In this document: positions 29,917-39,769 of the stretch, piece after piece
Position numbering within the stretch: position 1 is the first letter of the stretch
Layout: every line of letters begins with the position of its first letter
NCBI GenBank assembly: GCA_965218785.1
Contig: OZ244650.1
Location: 416,001 to 480,000 of the forward strand
Reading direction: 5' to 3'
DNA: 64,000 nucleotides
DNA from: Nitrosopumilus sp.
GTDB taxonomy: Archaea > Thermoproteota > Nitrososphaeria > Nitrososphaerales > Nitrosopumilaceae
Program-made: the position numbers and the translations under genes
Notes under the pieces: model-generated
Seen by the model: the letters and a program-made list of their open reading frames with translations, nothing else
The model's database searches: none
What the model was told of the DNA's origin: nothing

Positions 29917-32578
29917 GCAAATCAGACAATGATATAGCATCATCGCTATGGGTGTATTCTCCTAGCCGAATCCATTCTCCGCCTCTAATTCCCCATACTT
30001 CGTAGTTGGCCTGAGCCAAATCCCCTGCCTCGTTTAGTTTTGTCGGTCCGATTGAACCGCTATAATTTTCGGCGATCTTTGGAAATGCCGCTTTAACCAT
30101 GCTCACATCCGTACTCTGGGTTTCAAGCATTGCAAGTCCGATAAGCCAAACTGCATCATACGAGGAATGCACAAATGTATTGGGTGATGTACCAAGAGAC
30201 TCTGTTAGATGAGCTTGCACCCTCTCATATGTTGGATTTTTAGATGCTGCAAATTGAATCGTTGTAAATTCTACATTGGTTGAAAATTCAAATCCGATCG
30301 GATCATCGATTAATTTGTGTTCTTTGGTAATTGATCCCGGACCAAACCATCTGACGTCATCCAAGACCTCATGTGCTGATGCTGACTGGAAAAACTGTAA
30401 AACCTCTGCAAATCCCAAAAACAATACTGCGACCTTGTCTGAACCGTACTCGTCAACGTGTTCTTGAACCCTTTGAGCTAGCAGCGAAGTTGATGCCGAA
30501 AATTCCGGTGACTCTGGATTGTAACGAATTCCATCATCATCTATTTTACCGCCTCTTTCTTCAAAAGATTTAGCTGTGGCTTCACTTAATCCATCGCCCC
30601 ATGTGTCTCCTCGCCATACTGGAACTAGCATCTCGATTCCCTCATGATGGAGTAATGCTCCCAGTGCAGTTCCTTGGTTGGTGTCATCTGGAACCAGGCG
30701 GAACACGCTGTCATTTGGAATAGCTAGTGTCGGTGCAGTAGAACAGCAACTGACAAGTAACATGTTGTTAGAATCTGAATAACCCTTGATGTTTCTAATG
30801 TTCGAACTGGTTTCAGGTCCAACTACTATTCCAATTCCTTTGGCGTTAAGCGCAGTTATTTTCTCCAGTGCAATGACTGGATTCGTTGCTGAATCTTCTG
30901 AAACCATTTTAAGATGCCACTGTGCTCCCATCTCTTCTAAATGCTTGTTAAAATCCACTAGTGCCAACTTGGAGCTCTCGTGATTTTCCAATCCATGGGT
31001 TGCCAAGTCGCCTGTCAGTGGAAGAATTAATCCAATTGTTACTTCGCCAGATAACCCTCCAGAACCGCCATCCATCGTAGAGGAGACAGCATCATCATCC
31101 ATCATAGATTCCTTGCCCATCTCTGATAATCCCAAATCAGACAATGATATAGTATCATCGCTATGGGTGTATTCTCCTAGCCGAATCCATTCTCCGCCTC
31201 TAATTCCCCATACTTCGTAGTTGGCCTGAGCCAAATCCCCTGCCTCGTTTAGTTTTGTCGATCCGATTGAACCGCTATAATTTTCGGCGATCTTTGGAAA
31301 TGCCGCTTTAATCATGCTCACATCCGTACTCTGGGTTTCAAGCATTGCAAGTCCGATAAGCCAAACTGCATCATACGAGGAATGCACAAATGTGTTGGGT
31401 ACTGCACCAAGAGACTCGGTTAGATGAGCTTGAACCCTATCATATGTTGGATTTTTAGATGCTGCAAATTGAATCGTTGTAAATTCTACATTGGTTGAAA
31501 ATTCAAATCCGATCGGATCATTGATTAATTTGTATTCTTTGGTAATTGATCCCGGACCAAACCATCTGACGTCATCTAAGACCTCATGTGCTGATGCTGA
31601 CTGGAAAAACTGTAAAACCTCTGAAAATCCCAAAAACAATATTGCGACCTTGTCTGAACCGTACTCGTCAACGTGTTCTTGAACCCTTTGAGCTAGCAGC
31701 GAAGTTGATGCCGAAAATTCCGGTGACTCTGGATTGTAACGAATTCCATCATCATCTATTTTACCGCCTCTTTCTGCAAAAGATTTAACTGTGGCTTCAC
31801 TTAATCCATCGCCCCATGTGTCTCCTCGCCATACGGGAACTAGCATCTCGATTCCCTCATGATGGAGTAATGCTCCCAGTGCAGTTCCTTGGTTGGTATC
31901 ATCTGGAACCAGGCGGAACACGCTGTCATTTGGAAGAGATAGTGCCGGTGAACTAGAGCAGCAACTGACAAGTAACATGTTGTTAGAATCTGAATAACCC
32001 TTGATGTTTCTAATGTTCGAACTGGTTTCAGGTCCAACTACTATTCCAATTCCCTTGGCGTTAAGCGCAGTTATTTTCTCCAGTGCAATGACTGGATTCG
32101 TTGCAGAATCTTCTGAAATCATTTTAAGATGCCACTGTGCTCCAATCTCTTCTAAATGCTTGTTAAAATCCACTACTGCCAGCTTGGAGCCCTCGTGATT
32201 TTCCAATCCATGGGTTGCCAAGTCGCCTGTCAGTGGAAGAATTAATCCAATTGTTACTTCGCCAGATAACTCTGCTGTCTCCTCTATGATGGATGGCGGT
32301 TCTTCTATCATCATTTCTTCCTCTTCCCTCATCATCTCCTCTTCCCTCATCATCTCCTCTTCCCTCATCATCTCCTCTTCCCTCATCATCTCCTCTTCCC
32401 TCATCATCTCCTCTTCCCTCATCATCTCCTCTTCCCTCATCATCTCCTCTTCCCTCATCATCTCCTCCTCTTTCATCATAGATTCCTTGCCAATATCTGA
32501 TAATCCCAAAGCAGCCACGATGGCAATTATAATTATTCCAATACCTATGCCAATTACTATCTTCTTACTAGAACTCAT
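29909..32578 (-). CDS. Membrane-anchored LivJ/LivK-type substrate-binding protein with two near-identical binding domains and a Met/Glu-rich stalk
   Basis: N-terminal TM; IG.ILPLTG, VVGP.TS, FRL.PDD..QG and YDAV each present twice. Confidence 0.9.
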   Translation of the reverse strand: MSSSKKIVIGIGIGIIIIAIVAALGLSDIGKESMMKEEEMMREEEMMREEEMMREEEMMREEEMMREEEMMREEEMMREEEMMREEEEMMIEEPPSIIEETAELSGEVTIGLILPLTGDLATHGLENHEGSKLAVVDFNKHLEEIGAQWHLKMISEDSATNPVIALEKITALNAKGIGIVVGPETSSNIRNIKGYSDSNNMLLVSCCSSSPALSLPNDSVFRLVPDDTNQGTALGALLHHEGIEMLVPVWRGDTWGDGLSEATVKSFAERGGKIDDDGIRYNPESPEFSASTSLLAQRVQEHVDEYGSDKVAILFLGFSEVLQFFQSASAHEVLDDVRWFGPGSITKEYKLINDPIGFEFSTNVEFTTIQFAASKNPTYDRVQAHLTESLGAVPNTFVHSSYDAVWLIGLAMLETQSTDVSMIKAAFPKIAENYSGSIGSTKLNEAGDLAQANYEVWGIRGGEWIRLGEYTHSDDTISLSDLGLSEMGKESMMDDDAVSSTMDGGSGGLSGEVTIGLILPLTGDLATHGLENHESSKLALVDFNKHLEEMGAQWHLKMVSEDSATNPVIALEKITALNAKGIGIVVGPETSSNIRNIKGYSDSNNMLLVSCCSTAPTLAIPNDSVFRLVPDDTNQGTALGALLHHEGIEMLVPVWRGDTWGDGLSEATAKSFEERGGKIDDDGIRYNPESPEFSASTSLLAQRVQEHVDEYGSDKVAVLFLGFAEVLQFFQSASAHEVLDDVRWFGPGSITKEHKLIDDPIGFEFSTNVEFTTIQFAASKNPTYERVQAHLTESLGTSPNTFVHSSYDAVWLIGLAMLETQSTDVSMVKAAFPKIAENYSGSIGPTKLNEAGDLAQANYEVWGIRGGEWIRLGEYTHSDDAISLSDLPN
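29918..32271. repeat. About 1.14-kb intragenic direct duplication (29918-31056 and 31133-32271, offset 1215)
   Basis: Long identical stretches in the DNA; 21 amino-acid differences in about 379 by hand count. Confidence 0.95.
32321..32482. repeat. 18-bp tandem repeat (CTCTTCCCTCATCATCTC)x8 plus one degenerate copy, encoding MMREEE
   Basis: Eight perfect copies at 32321-32464. Confidence 0.97.
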
Positions 32579-32752
32579 TTTCTACCAGTTTTAGATATAT
32601 GTGCTTTTTAAACATTCTTAATAATCCGATATCAAGGTTCAGAATCTCCGGATTTTCATAGTATGTGGGCCGTTTTTGGGCATATTTCTGAGGCTGCCTG
32701 CTGATGGATTCATCTCAGATATTTTTTAATACTATATTGCAGTTCTCTTAAT

Positions 32753-34234
32753 GTGACTAGTATTACCTTTCATGGAGGCGTAAATGACATCGGTGGAAAC
32801 AAATTCCTAGTCAAAGACAAGAATACCACGCTTTTCATGGATTTTGGAATGTCTTTTTCTGAAGAAGGCAAGTTTTTCTCCCAGTTCATGAATGCACGAG
32901 GCTCCAATGCTTTGGGCGATATGTTTGATCTGGGAATTTTACCCAAAATCAAAGGGTTGTACAGACGGGATTATGCCAGACATATCGGGTTTGATGGCAA
33001 CGAAGAAACCCAGGTTGATGCCATACTACTTACTCATGCACACGTTGACCACTGTGCGTACATTCCATATCTTCGGGAAGATATTCCGATTTACTGTTCT
33101 GAGGAATCAAAACTAATCATGCAGAATTTTGATGATACTGGAGCCGACCAATATCTCACATTAAAAGAAAAATTCAAAGTCTATGAAAACTCTAAAGGGG
33201 AAATCAGTAGAATGAGCGGCAATAAAGTAAAAATTCCTAGAAACATTCAACTATTCAAATCCGGAAAAGAGTTTTCAATTGACTCCATTAACGTAAATCC
33301 GCTGCCTGTAGATCATTCCATTCCAGGAGTCCATACTTTTATCTTACATACCTCCGGAGGAGCAATTGGAAATACTGCCGATTTGAGATTTCATGGAAGA
33401 CGAAGTAAGGATACAGAAAAATTTGTTGAAAAATGTGCAGAAGCCTCACTTGATTATCTGCTGTGCGAGGGGACTAGAATCGATGCAGAGTCATCATTAA
33501 CTGAATATGACATTGAGAATAAAGTTACCGGTATTGCAAACGATACCGCGGGTCTGGTAATTTGCGGGTACCCGATAAGGGATTTGGACAGACTGCAGTC
33601 ATTTTACCTGTCGGCAAAACAGTCTAATCGTGATCTGGTCATTGATATGAAGCAGGCATATCTGCTGAAGCTGTTCTCTCAATCAGACAATCTCAAAGGA
33701 AACTACCCCCCGCCCACTGATAATAACATCAAGATTTACATTCCAAGAGGAACCTGGGGATTGCTTGATAAGGACTCGAAGAAATTCTCTAAGAAACAAT
33801 TTTACATGGATTATGCTAAATGGCAACAAGAATTTCTTGATTACCCAAACGCCATAGATTACAGAGATATCAAGAAAAGCCCGAAAGACTTCATATTCTT
33901 TTGCAGTGATTTTAAACTGCAGGATTTGATTGATATCAAGCCTGATGAGGGGGCAACCTACATCCGTTCATTGACTGAACCATTTGATATGGAGATGGAA
34001 CTCAAAGCAGAACAGGTAAAAAACTGGTTTGTACACTTTGGCGTGCTCAAAAAGGATCAGAATTGGCATCAGATCCATGTTTCAGGCCACGGTGATGGTA
34101 CCCAGATAAAAAAAGTCATTGACGAGTCCAATGCCAAAAAACTGATTCCCATTCATACCCAACATGATGAATACCACAAAAAATGGCATAATGACGTGAT
34201 CTCAGTCAATCAACACGATGTAATAGATCTATGA
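32753..34234 (+). CDS. MBL/beta-CASP ribonuclease-like protein (RNase J-like)
   Basis: GG..DIGGN, DFG, THAHVDH, VDHS, DLRFHG, LLCEGT, HVSGH, PIHT. Confidence 0.85.
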   Translation: MTSITFHGGVNDIGGNKFLVKDKNTTLFMDFGMSFSEEGKFFSQFMNARGSNALGDMFDLGILPKIKGLYRRDYARHIGFDGNEETQVDAILLTHAHVDHCAYIPYLREDIPIYCSEESKLIMQNFDDTGADQYLTLKEKFKVYENSKGEISRMSGNKVKIPRNIQLFKSGKEFSIDSINVNPLPVDHSIPGVHTFILHTSGGAIGNTADLRFHGRRSKDTEKFVEKCAEASLDYLLCEGTRIDAESSLTEYDIENKVTGIANDTAGLVICGYPIRDLDRLQSFYLSAKQSNRDLVIDMKQAYLLKLFSQSDNLKGNYPPPTDNNIKIYIPRGTWGLLDKDSKKFSKKQFYMDYAKWQQEFLDYPNAIDYRDIKKSPKDFIFFCSDFKLQDLIDIKPDEGATYIRSLTEPFDMEMELKAEQVKNWFVHFGVLKKDQNWHQIHVSGHGDGTQIKKVIDESNAKKLIPIHTQHDEYHKKWHNDVISVNQHDVIDL

Positions 34235-34344
34235 TCGTCTTCTGGCCTGGTATTTTTGTAAAGATGTCATGAAATACCAGCCCTCCCTACCTGAAGAATC
34301 TGCTCTGATAAACTCTTATTTTGGATATGATTTTCACGTAAGTT

Positions 34345-34992
34345 ATGGAAATTACAGTTGATCAAATGTATGATATTGAAAACAAGGGCCATGACATGGG
34401 ATTTTTGAAAAAATTCATGATGGAAAATGCGGGAGCTGCTGCTGTACGACGGTTACTTGATAAAGTCGGTGATATAAAATCAAAAAATGTTTTGATTTTT
34501 GTTGGAATGGGAAACAATGGAGGTGATGGTCTGGTAATGGCAAGACACCTGGCAGGTTATGATGCAAAAGTTACAGTCATGCTTTTGGGAAGTCCTGAAA
34601 ACATCAAAACAGAGGAGAGCAACTGGAATTGGTCAATTCTGCAAAAAATGCCATCTGTCAGATTAATGTCCGGAGACTGGACTGATCCTGATTTCAAACC
34701 AGACGTCATAGTTGATGCCATCTTGGGTACTGGCATATCTGGAGAAATTCGTGAGCCATATGCATCTGCCATCAACTATATCAACCAGACAGACAGCTAC
34801 AAGCTTGCAGTGGATGTTCCATCCGGATTGAATCCACAAACAGGAGAGACTGCCAACATCTTTACAAAATGCGACATGACAGTCACATTTCATAAAATGA
34901 AACAGGGGATTCCTAAAAGAAGGGATTTGACAGGGGAACTGTTTGCAGAAAAAATCGGAATTCCCCCCGAGGCAGAAGAGGATATTTTATGA
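34345..34992 (+). CDS. nnrE: NAD(P)H-hydrate epimerase (YjeF-N)
   Basis: MENAG, G.GNNGGDG, VDAILGTG, AVDVPSG, TVTF. Confidence 0.93.
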   Translation: MEITVDQMYDIENKGHDMGFLKKFMMENAGAAAVRRLLDKVGDIKSKNVLIFVGMGNNGGDGLVMARHLAGYDAKVTVMLLGSPENIKTEESNWNWSILQKMPSVRLMSGDWTDPDFKPDVIVDAILGTGISGEIREPYASAINYINQTDSYKLAVDVPSGLNPQTGETANIFTKCDMTVTFHKMKQGIPKRRDLTGELFAEKIGIPPEAEEDIL

Positions 34993-35600
34993 AAGTGCAT
35001 CAACTTCAAGTTGGCAATATGCAGAATTTCACCTATGTTGTTGAAGATGAGGATACCAGTGCGGCGATAATCATTGATCCTTCCTGGGAACTCGTCGAAC
35101 TAGAATTAATCATAAAAAGAAACGGCCTAAAGGTAAAATACATTGTAAACACACACCATCATTTTGATCATACACTTGGTAATGAAGCAATGAAAGAGTC
35201 GACCAAGGTACCCGTCATTCAACATGAATCTTCCGAATTACAGCATGACATAGCAGTAAAAGACGGGGATTATATTGAATTTGGCAATTCAAAACTCAAA
35301 GTCATTCATACCCCCGGACATTCTAAAGACAGTATATGTCTCATAGGTGATGGCAAAATTTTCTCAGGTGACACGTTATTTGTAGGAAATTGTGGAAGAG
35401 TTGATCTGCCAGGCGGAAGCGCAAGGGATCTTTATCACAGTCTTTTTGATATTCTCTATCTGTTAGATGATGATCTAGTCATGTATTCGGGCCATAATTA
35501 TGGCCCCTCTGATACGTCTACTATCGGACAGGAGAAAATCACCAATATGGTTATGCAAAAACGAACAGAACAACAGTTCGTTGAAATGATGGGCCAGTGA
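34989..35600 (+). CDS. Glyoxalase II-like MBL-fold hydrolase
   Basis: THHHFDH, HTPGHS, FSGDTLF, GR.DLPGG, GHNY. Confidence 0.9.
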   Translation: MKVHQLQVGNMQNFTYVVEDEDTSAAIIIDPSWELVELELIIKRNGLKVKYIVNTHHHFDHTLGNEAMKESTKVPVIQHESSELQHDIAVKDGDYIEFGNSKLKVIHTPGHSKDSICLIGDGKIFSGDTLFVGNCGRVDLPGGSARDLYHSLFDILYLLDDDLVMYSGHNYGPSDTSTIGQEKITNMVMQKRTEQQFVEMMGQ

Positions 35601-36670
35601 GCTTTTTGGAAAATTTTGAGCTGTTTGGAAATGTCAAAAAGGGTCAAATCTTTCTTGACAGTCTAAGATCCAAAAGGTTTCTCTTTTCATTCGTAATTTC
35701 ATATACTGAAACCTGTGAAATACCTGGAATTACCTTTGCAGGTGCAGACAAGGATTCGATTCAGTTCACACCTCCTGCCGATGCAGAATATCTTCATTAT
35801 GGCTACTGCAAGACGATTGATAAAATCCCAATGACTCCTGATGGAAAACCGACTCCTGGATTGCTGACCAAGACCGCATTGGAATTCTCAAGTATTCCCC
35901 ACTTGACAATTAACGCCGGCAGTAAAATCACTCCCCAACTGCCCTTCATTGATACTGCATTATCCTTTGGAAAAGATATCTCGATACAGGATGCCATGAC
36001 GGATTCCCAAGTATCTCATGCAGTTGATTATGGCAGAATTGTTGGAAGAAGCATGGCCTCCCTGACTGACTGTCTGATAATCGGTGAAAGCATTCCTGGC
36101 GGAACCACCACCGCGTTGGCCGTATTAAAGGCATTTGGTTTTGATGCTAGGGTAAGCTCAAGCATCCCAAACAATCCCGTTGAATTAAAAAATCGAACTG
36201 TTGATTCCGCACTCAAAAGAGTTGATTCTGATCATCCCTACGATATCGTTGCAAAAGTCGGGGATCCAATGATTCCCTTTGTTGCAGGAATGCTAAGCTC
36301 AGCATCTGATGTCTCCAAGGTCCTGCTGGCAGGCGGTACTCAAATGACTGCGGTACTGGCGTTTGCATCAAAAATCGGATTTAATCAGGAAAACACCGCA
36401 ATTGGAACAACCTCCTATATCACAAATGATAAAACAGCCAATTTCGCGAGTTTGGTCGAGGAGATTGCAGATATTCCGGCAATCTCTGTCAATCCTGGCT
36501 TGGAGAATTCACAATACTCCGGTCTAAAGGCGTTTTCGGAAGGATTTGCAAAAGAAGGCGTAGGTGCAGGTGGCAGTATCATCTCATCTATGCTCAAGAC
36601 TGGAAACGATTCTACAAAGTTCCTAGAGATGGCAGAAAAAGAGTACCGTAGATTGTTTACTTTACAGTAA
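35597..36670 (+). CDS. cobT: Archaeal CobT-type nicotinate-nucleotide phosphoribosyltransferase (UPF0284)
   Basis: IPGITFAG, TPPADAE, GESIPGGTTTA, VGDP, LAGGTQM, KEGVGAGG. Confidence 0.87.
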   Translation: MSFLENFELFGNVKKGQIFLDSLRSKRFLFSFVISYTETCEIPGITFAGADKDSIQFTPPADAEYLHYGYCKTIDKIPMTPDGKPTPGLLTKTALEFSSIPHLTINAGSKITPQLPFIDTALSFGKDISIQDAMTDSQVSHAVDYGRIVGRSMASLTDCLIIGESIPGGTTTALAVLKAFGFDARVSSSIPNNPVELKNRTVDSALKRVDSDHPYDIVAKVGDPMIPFVAGMLSSASDVSKVLLAGGTQMTAVLAFASKIGFNQENTAIGTTSYITNDKTANFASLVEEIADIPAISVNPGLENSQYSGLKAFSEGFAKEGVGAGGSIISSMLKTGNDSTKFLEMAEKEYRRLFTLQ

Positions 36671-38417
36671 CTGATTTTGCCAGATTTCTGGGATAATCCG
36701 GGTCTGTATCCTTTTCAAGTGCGGCATAGTAGGATAACAACTGTATTGGAATGATCTCCGAGATTGGATACAGCACTTCGTCTATTTTTGGTATTTCTAT
36801 CCAGTAATCATAAACATCACTTTGTATGTCTGAAACCCCGATAATTTTTGCCCCGCGGGCCTTGATCTCCCTTGCACTTGTCAGCGTATCTGCATATGTT
36901 GAATCATTTGGATTTATAATTATCACAAACACATTTGAATCCATTAATGCAAGAGGCCCATGTTTTAACTCCCCGCCTGGAATTCCCTCTGCATGGATGT
37001 ATGTCAGTTCTTTGAGTTTCAATGCCGCCTCTATTGCGATTGGATAATTTATCCCCCTGCCCAAGACATAAATGTCTGAAATTTCTTTTAACAGCTTTGC
37101 AATCTGCTGAATTTTTACTGGATTCTCTAATATTTTCAAAATTGATTTAGAAAAGACTTTGAAATTAATCGTAATGTTGTTGTTGCTTAATTTCTGTACA
37201 ATTTTGTACAGTATTACCAGCTGTGATGTGAAGCTCTTTGTTGAGGCAACCCCTATTTCAGGTCCGCAGTTCATGCCAATTATCACGTCTGCCTCACGTG
37301 CAAGTGATGATGTTGTCAAATTGACAATTGCTATTATCTTACAATCTGTCTGTTTTGCGATTTTAACTGCCTCTAGAACATCCGCACTTTCACCACTTTG
37401 TGATATCGCAATGAGGATCGAACCATCCTCTATGGTGTCCGGTAGGAACTGGAGCTCGCTTGATATGATCGGCTCGGTCTTGATTTTGGCATATTTTGAT
37501 AGAATCTGCTTTGCGATCAATGCGGAATTGTAACTTGTACCGCTGCCTGTTATGTAGATATTTTTTGCGTGTTTGATATAATCTGCCGTCTTTTCAATTG
37601 CATCTGCCGTCTTTTCACCGGCCTTTAGGACTGTTTCATGCTGTTCGTAAATTTCTTTTAATGTAAAGTGTGCATAATCTCCTTTGTATGCATCGCCGAA
37701 TTCCTTTGAAACCTTTGTTATTTCATATTTTACATGCTTGCCATTAAAATCCAGAATCTGAAATTTTTCTCCGTCTGAAATGACAAAATTACCGTTTTCT
37801 ATGTATATTGCCTCGTCTGTATATTCAATAAATCCTAAAACATCGCTTGACAAAAAGAGATTATCCTGTCCGATTCCCATTATCAACGGCTTGTAAAATC
37901 TTGCCGCTGCAAGTTGTCCATTTTCAAACATTGCAACAAATGCATAATGTCCTTTAAGCTCTGCAACGACTTTGATTATTGTTTCCCTGACATCTCTGGT
38001 TTCTTTATAATTTTTTTGAAGTAAATTTGCAATTACCTCGGTGTCTGTCTCACTCTTAAATTCATATCCCTCATCTTCTAATTTTTTCTTTAGTTCTTCA
38101 AAATTTTCGATTATTCCATTATGTACGATTGCGATTTTTCCTGAGTTACTTGAATGTGGATGTGCATTAATATCCGTAACACTGCCATGAGTTGCCCATC
38201 TGGTATGGCCGATACCGACTTTTCCTGGCATGGCATCTAGCTGAACTTTTGCATTTACCTCATTTACCTTTCCGGCACCCTTCTTTAACTCAATCCGATT
38301 ATCATATTCAGTTGCAACCCCGACGCTGTCGTATCCGCGGTATTCCATTCTTTTCAATCCATTTACAAGAATGGGTGCAGCGGTTTCTTTTCCACTGTAA
38401 CCGATTATTGAACACAT
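36657..38417 (-). CDS. glmS: Glutamine--fructose-6-phosphate aminotransferase
   Basis: N-terminal Cys, EYRGYDS, GHTRWATHG, SQSGE, ELKHGP, PRNLAKSVT. Confidence 0.96.
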   Translation of the reverse strand: MCSIIGYSGKETAAPILVNGLKRMEYRGYDSVGVATEYDNRIELKKGAGKVNEVNAKVQLDAMPGKVGIGHTRWATHGSVTDINAHPHSSNSGKIAIVHNGIIENFEELKKKLEDEGYEFKSETDTEVIANLLQKNYKETRDVRETIIKVVAELKGHYAFVAMFENGQLAAARFYKPLIMGIGQDNLFLSSDVLGFIEYTDEAIYIENGNFVISDGEKFQILDFNGKHVKYEITKVSKEFGDAYKGDYAHFTLKEIYEQHETVLKAGEKTADAIEKTADYIKHAKNIYITGSGTSYNSALIAKQILSKYAKIKTEPIISSELQFLPDTIEDGSILIAISQSGESADVLEAVKIAKQTDCKIIAIVNLTTSSLAREADVIIGMNCGPEIGVASTKSFTSQLVILYKIVQKLSNNNITINFKVFSKSILKILENPVKIQQIAKLLKEISDIYVLGRGINYPIAIEAALKLKELTYIHAEGIPGGELKHGPLALMDSNVFVIIINPNDSTYADTLTSAREIKARGAKIIGVSDIQSDVYDYWIEIPKIDEVLYPISEIIPIQLLSYYAALEKDTDPDYPRNLAKSVTVK

Positions 38418-38467
38418 GTACTCTCTTTGATAATTGGGGTTATTTACTGCTAAGCCTATTTTTTCGA

Positions 38468-39055
38468 TTATTTTGTCGAAGAACTTTCATCTTTTGCAGC
38501 CTCGACAGGTACCTCTTCTGATTCAGATGGTGTCTCATCTACGGGTTCTGATTTTGTCTTTTCTAACATTGTTGGAATTTTGGATTCGGGTGAAAAATGA
38601 ATGCTCTCCTCCTCAGTTACCTTGACTGTATATGATGGAATGTCCACTTTTCTCTCGCCGATCATTATGTGTCCGTGAATTACTGCCTGTCTTGCCTGAT
38701 ATGGTGTTTTGAATCCGAGTTTGTTTGTAACTATAGTCTGTAATCTGCGTGAAAGCAAATCAGTTACATTCAGATTAAGCACATCATCTAATGTTGCATC
38801 ACTGCTGACCAATCCGATTCTTGCAAGTGATTTCATCAAAATTGGTTCCTTCTCCACTCTGACTTCTTGTCTTAATGCAAGTAATGACCTTGCCTGATGT
38901 CTGACACGTGATAATTCTGTATGTGCCTTCCACAACTCCCTTTTAGTTCTTAATCCGAATGTACCTAGCGTCTTTAACTCCTCCATCTTTAATTCATAAT
39001 TAAGAGGTCTCTTTGGCTTTCTCCAAGCTCTGCGTGGATATTTTGGGTCTCCCAT
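38468..39055 (-). CDS. rps4: 30S ribosomal protein S4
   Basis: [22 protein letters not shown]...HGHI. Confidence 0.96.
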   Translation of the reverse strand: MGDPKYPRRAWRKPKRPLNYELKMEELKTLGTFGLRTKRELWKAHTELSRVRHQARSLLALRQEVRVEKEPILMKSLARIGLVSSDATLDDVLNLNVTDLLSRRLQTIVTNKLGFKTPYQARQAVIHGHIMIGERKVDIPSYTVKVTEEESIHFSPESKIPTMLEKTKSEPVDETPSESEEVPVEAAKDESSSTK

Positions 39056-39064
39056 TCAAGACAC

Positions 39065-39649
39065 CTATTTTTTCTCCGCCGGTGTTTCTTTTTTCTCTGC
39101 TGCCGGTGCTCCTGCTTCTGCTGCCGGTGCTTCTGCTCCTGCTGCAGCAGCTGCTTCTGCTGCCGGTGCTCCTGCTCCTCCCTTCTTTACAGGTGCTGCC
39201 AGTCCGCCTTTGGCAACGCCGACTGCTCCGCCTTTTCTGCCCGAAGTCCTGGTTCTCTGTCCCCTGACTTTCAGACCGCTTAGATGACGATAACCTCTCC
39301 AGCTTACGGTGATTCTTTCCCTTTCAATATCATTTCTTAATGTAAATGGAATATCTGATGTTAACAAATGCTTGTCTGCTCCTGTCTCGATATCTTTTTG
39401 TCTGTTAAGGAACCATATTGGGAAATTCCCTCCGACTGGATCTGTAATTAATTTTTCAATTGCTTGAATATTTTCTTCAGTGAGATTTCCCATATTGGAA
39501 TTTGTATTAATTTTCAAAGTATCGCAAATTGCTACGGCAAAGTTGTACCCAATGCCTTTAATCTGAGTCAGCCCTACTAGCAGTTTTCTCTCTCCTGGGA
39601 TATCATTTCCCACAATCCTTACAATGTGTCTGTATTCCTGACTGCTCAA
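39065..39649 (-). CDS. rps13: 30S ribosomal protein S13
   Basis: [30 protein letters not shown]; Ala/Pro/Glu-rich tail. Confidence 0.96.
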   Translation of the reverse strand: MSSQEYRHIVRIVGNDIPGERKLLVGLTQIKGIGYNFAVAICDTLKINTNSNMGNLTEENIQAIEKLITDPVGGNFPIWFLNRQKDIETGADKHLLTSDIPFTLRNDIERERITVSWRGYRHLSGLKVRGQRTRTSGRKGGAVGVAKGGLAAPVKKGGAGAPAAEAAAAAGAEAPAAEAGAPAAEKKETPAEKK

Positions 39650-39769
39650 GTATTCAAAAATTTAAAGAAACCCCGATAAAAACCATGCTAGGCGTAAAAT
39701 ACTGATCTTGAAATGTTTCTTTCAAATATTTCTGCCTCTAGTCTGGTGCAAATAGCCCTTTTTTGATAG

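Noticed and set aside
25690-30600. att-site duplication of the tRNA-Leu 3' end (CCATCGCCC near 30591 and 31806)
   Set aside because: Only a 9-bp match, inside SBP coding sequence; expected by chance, and no integrase is present
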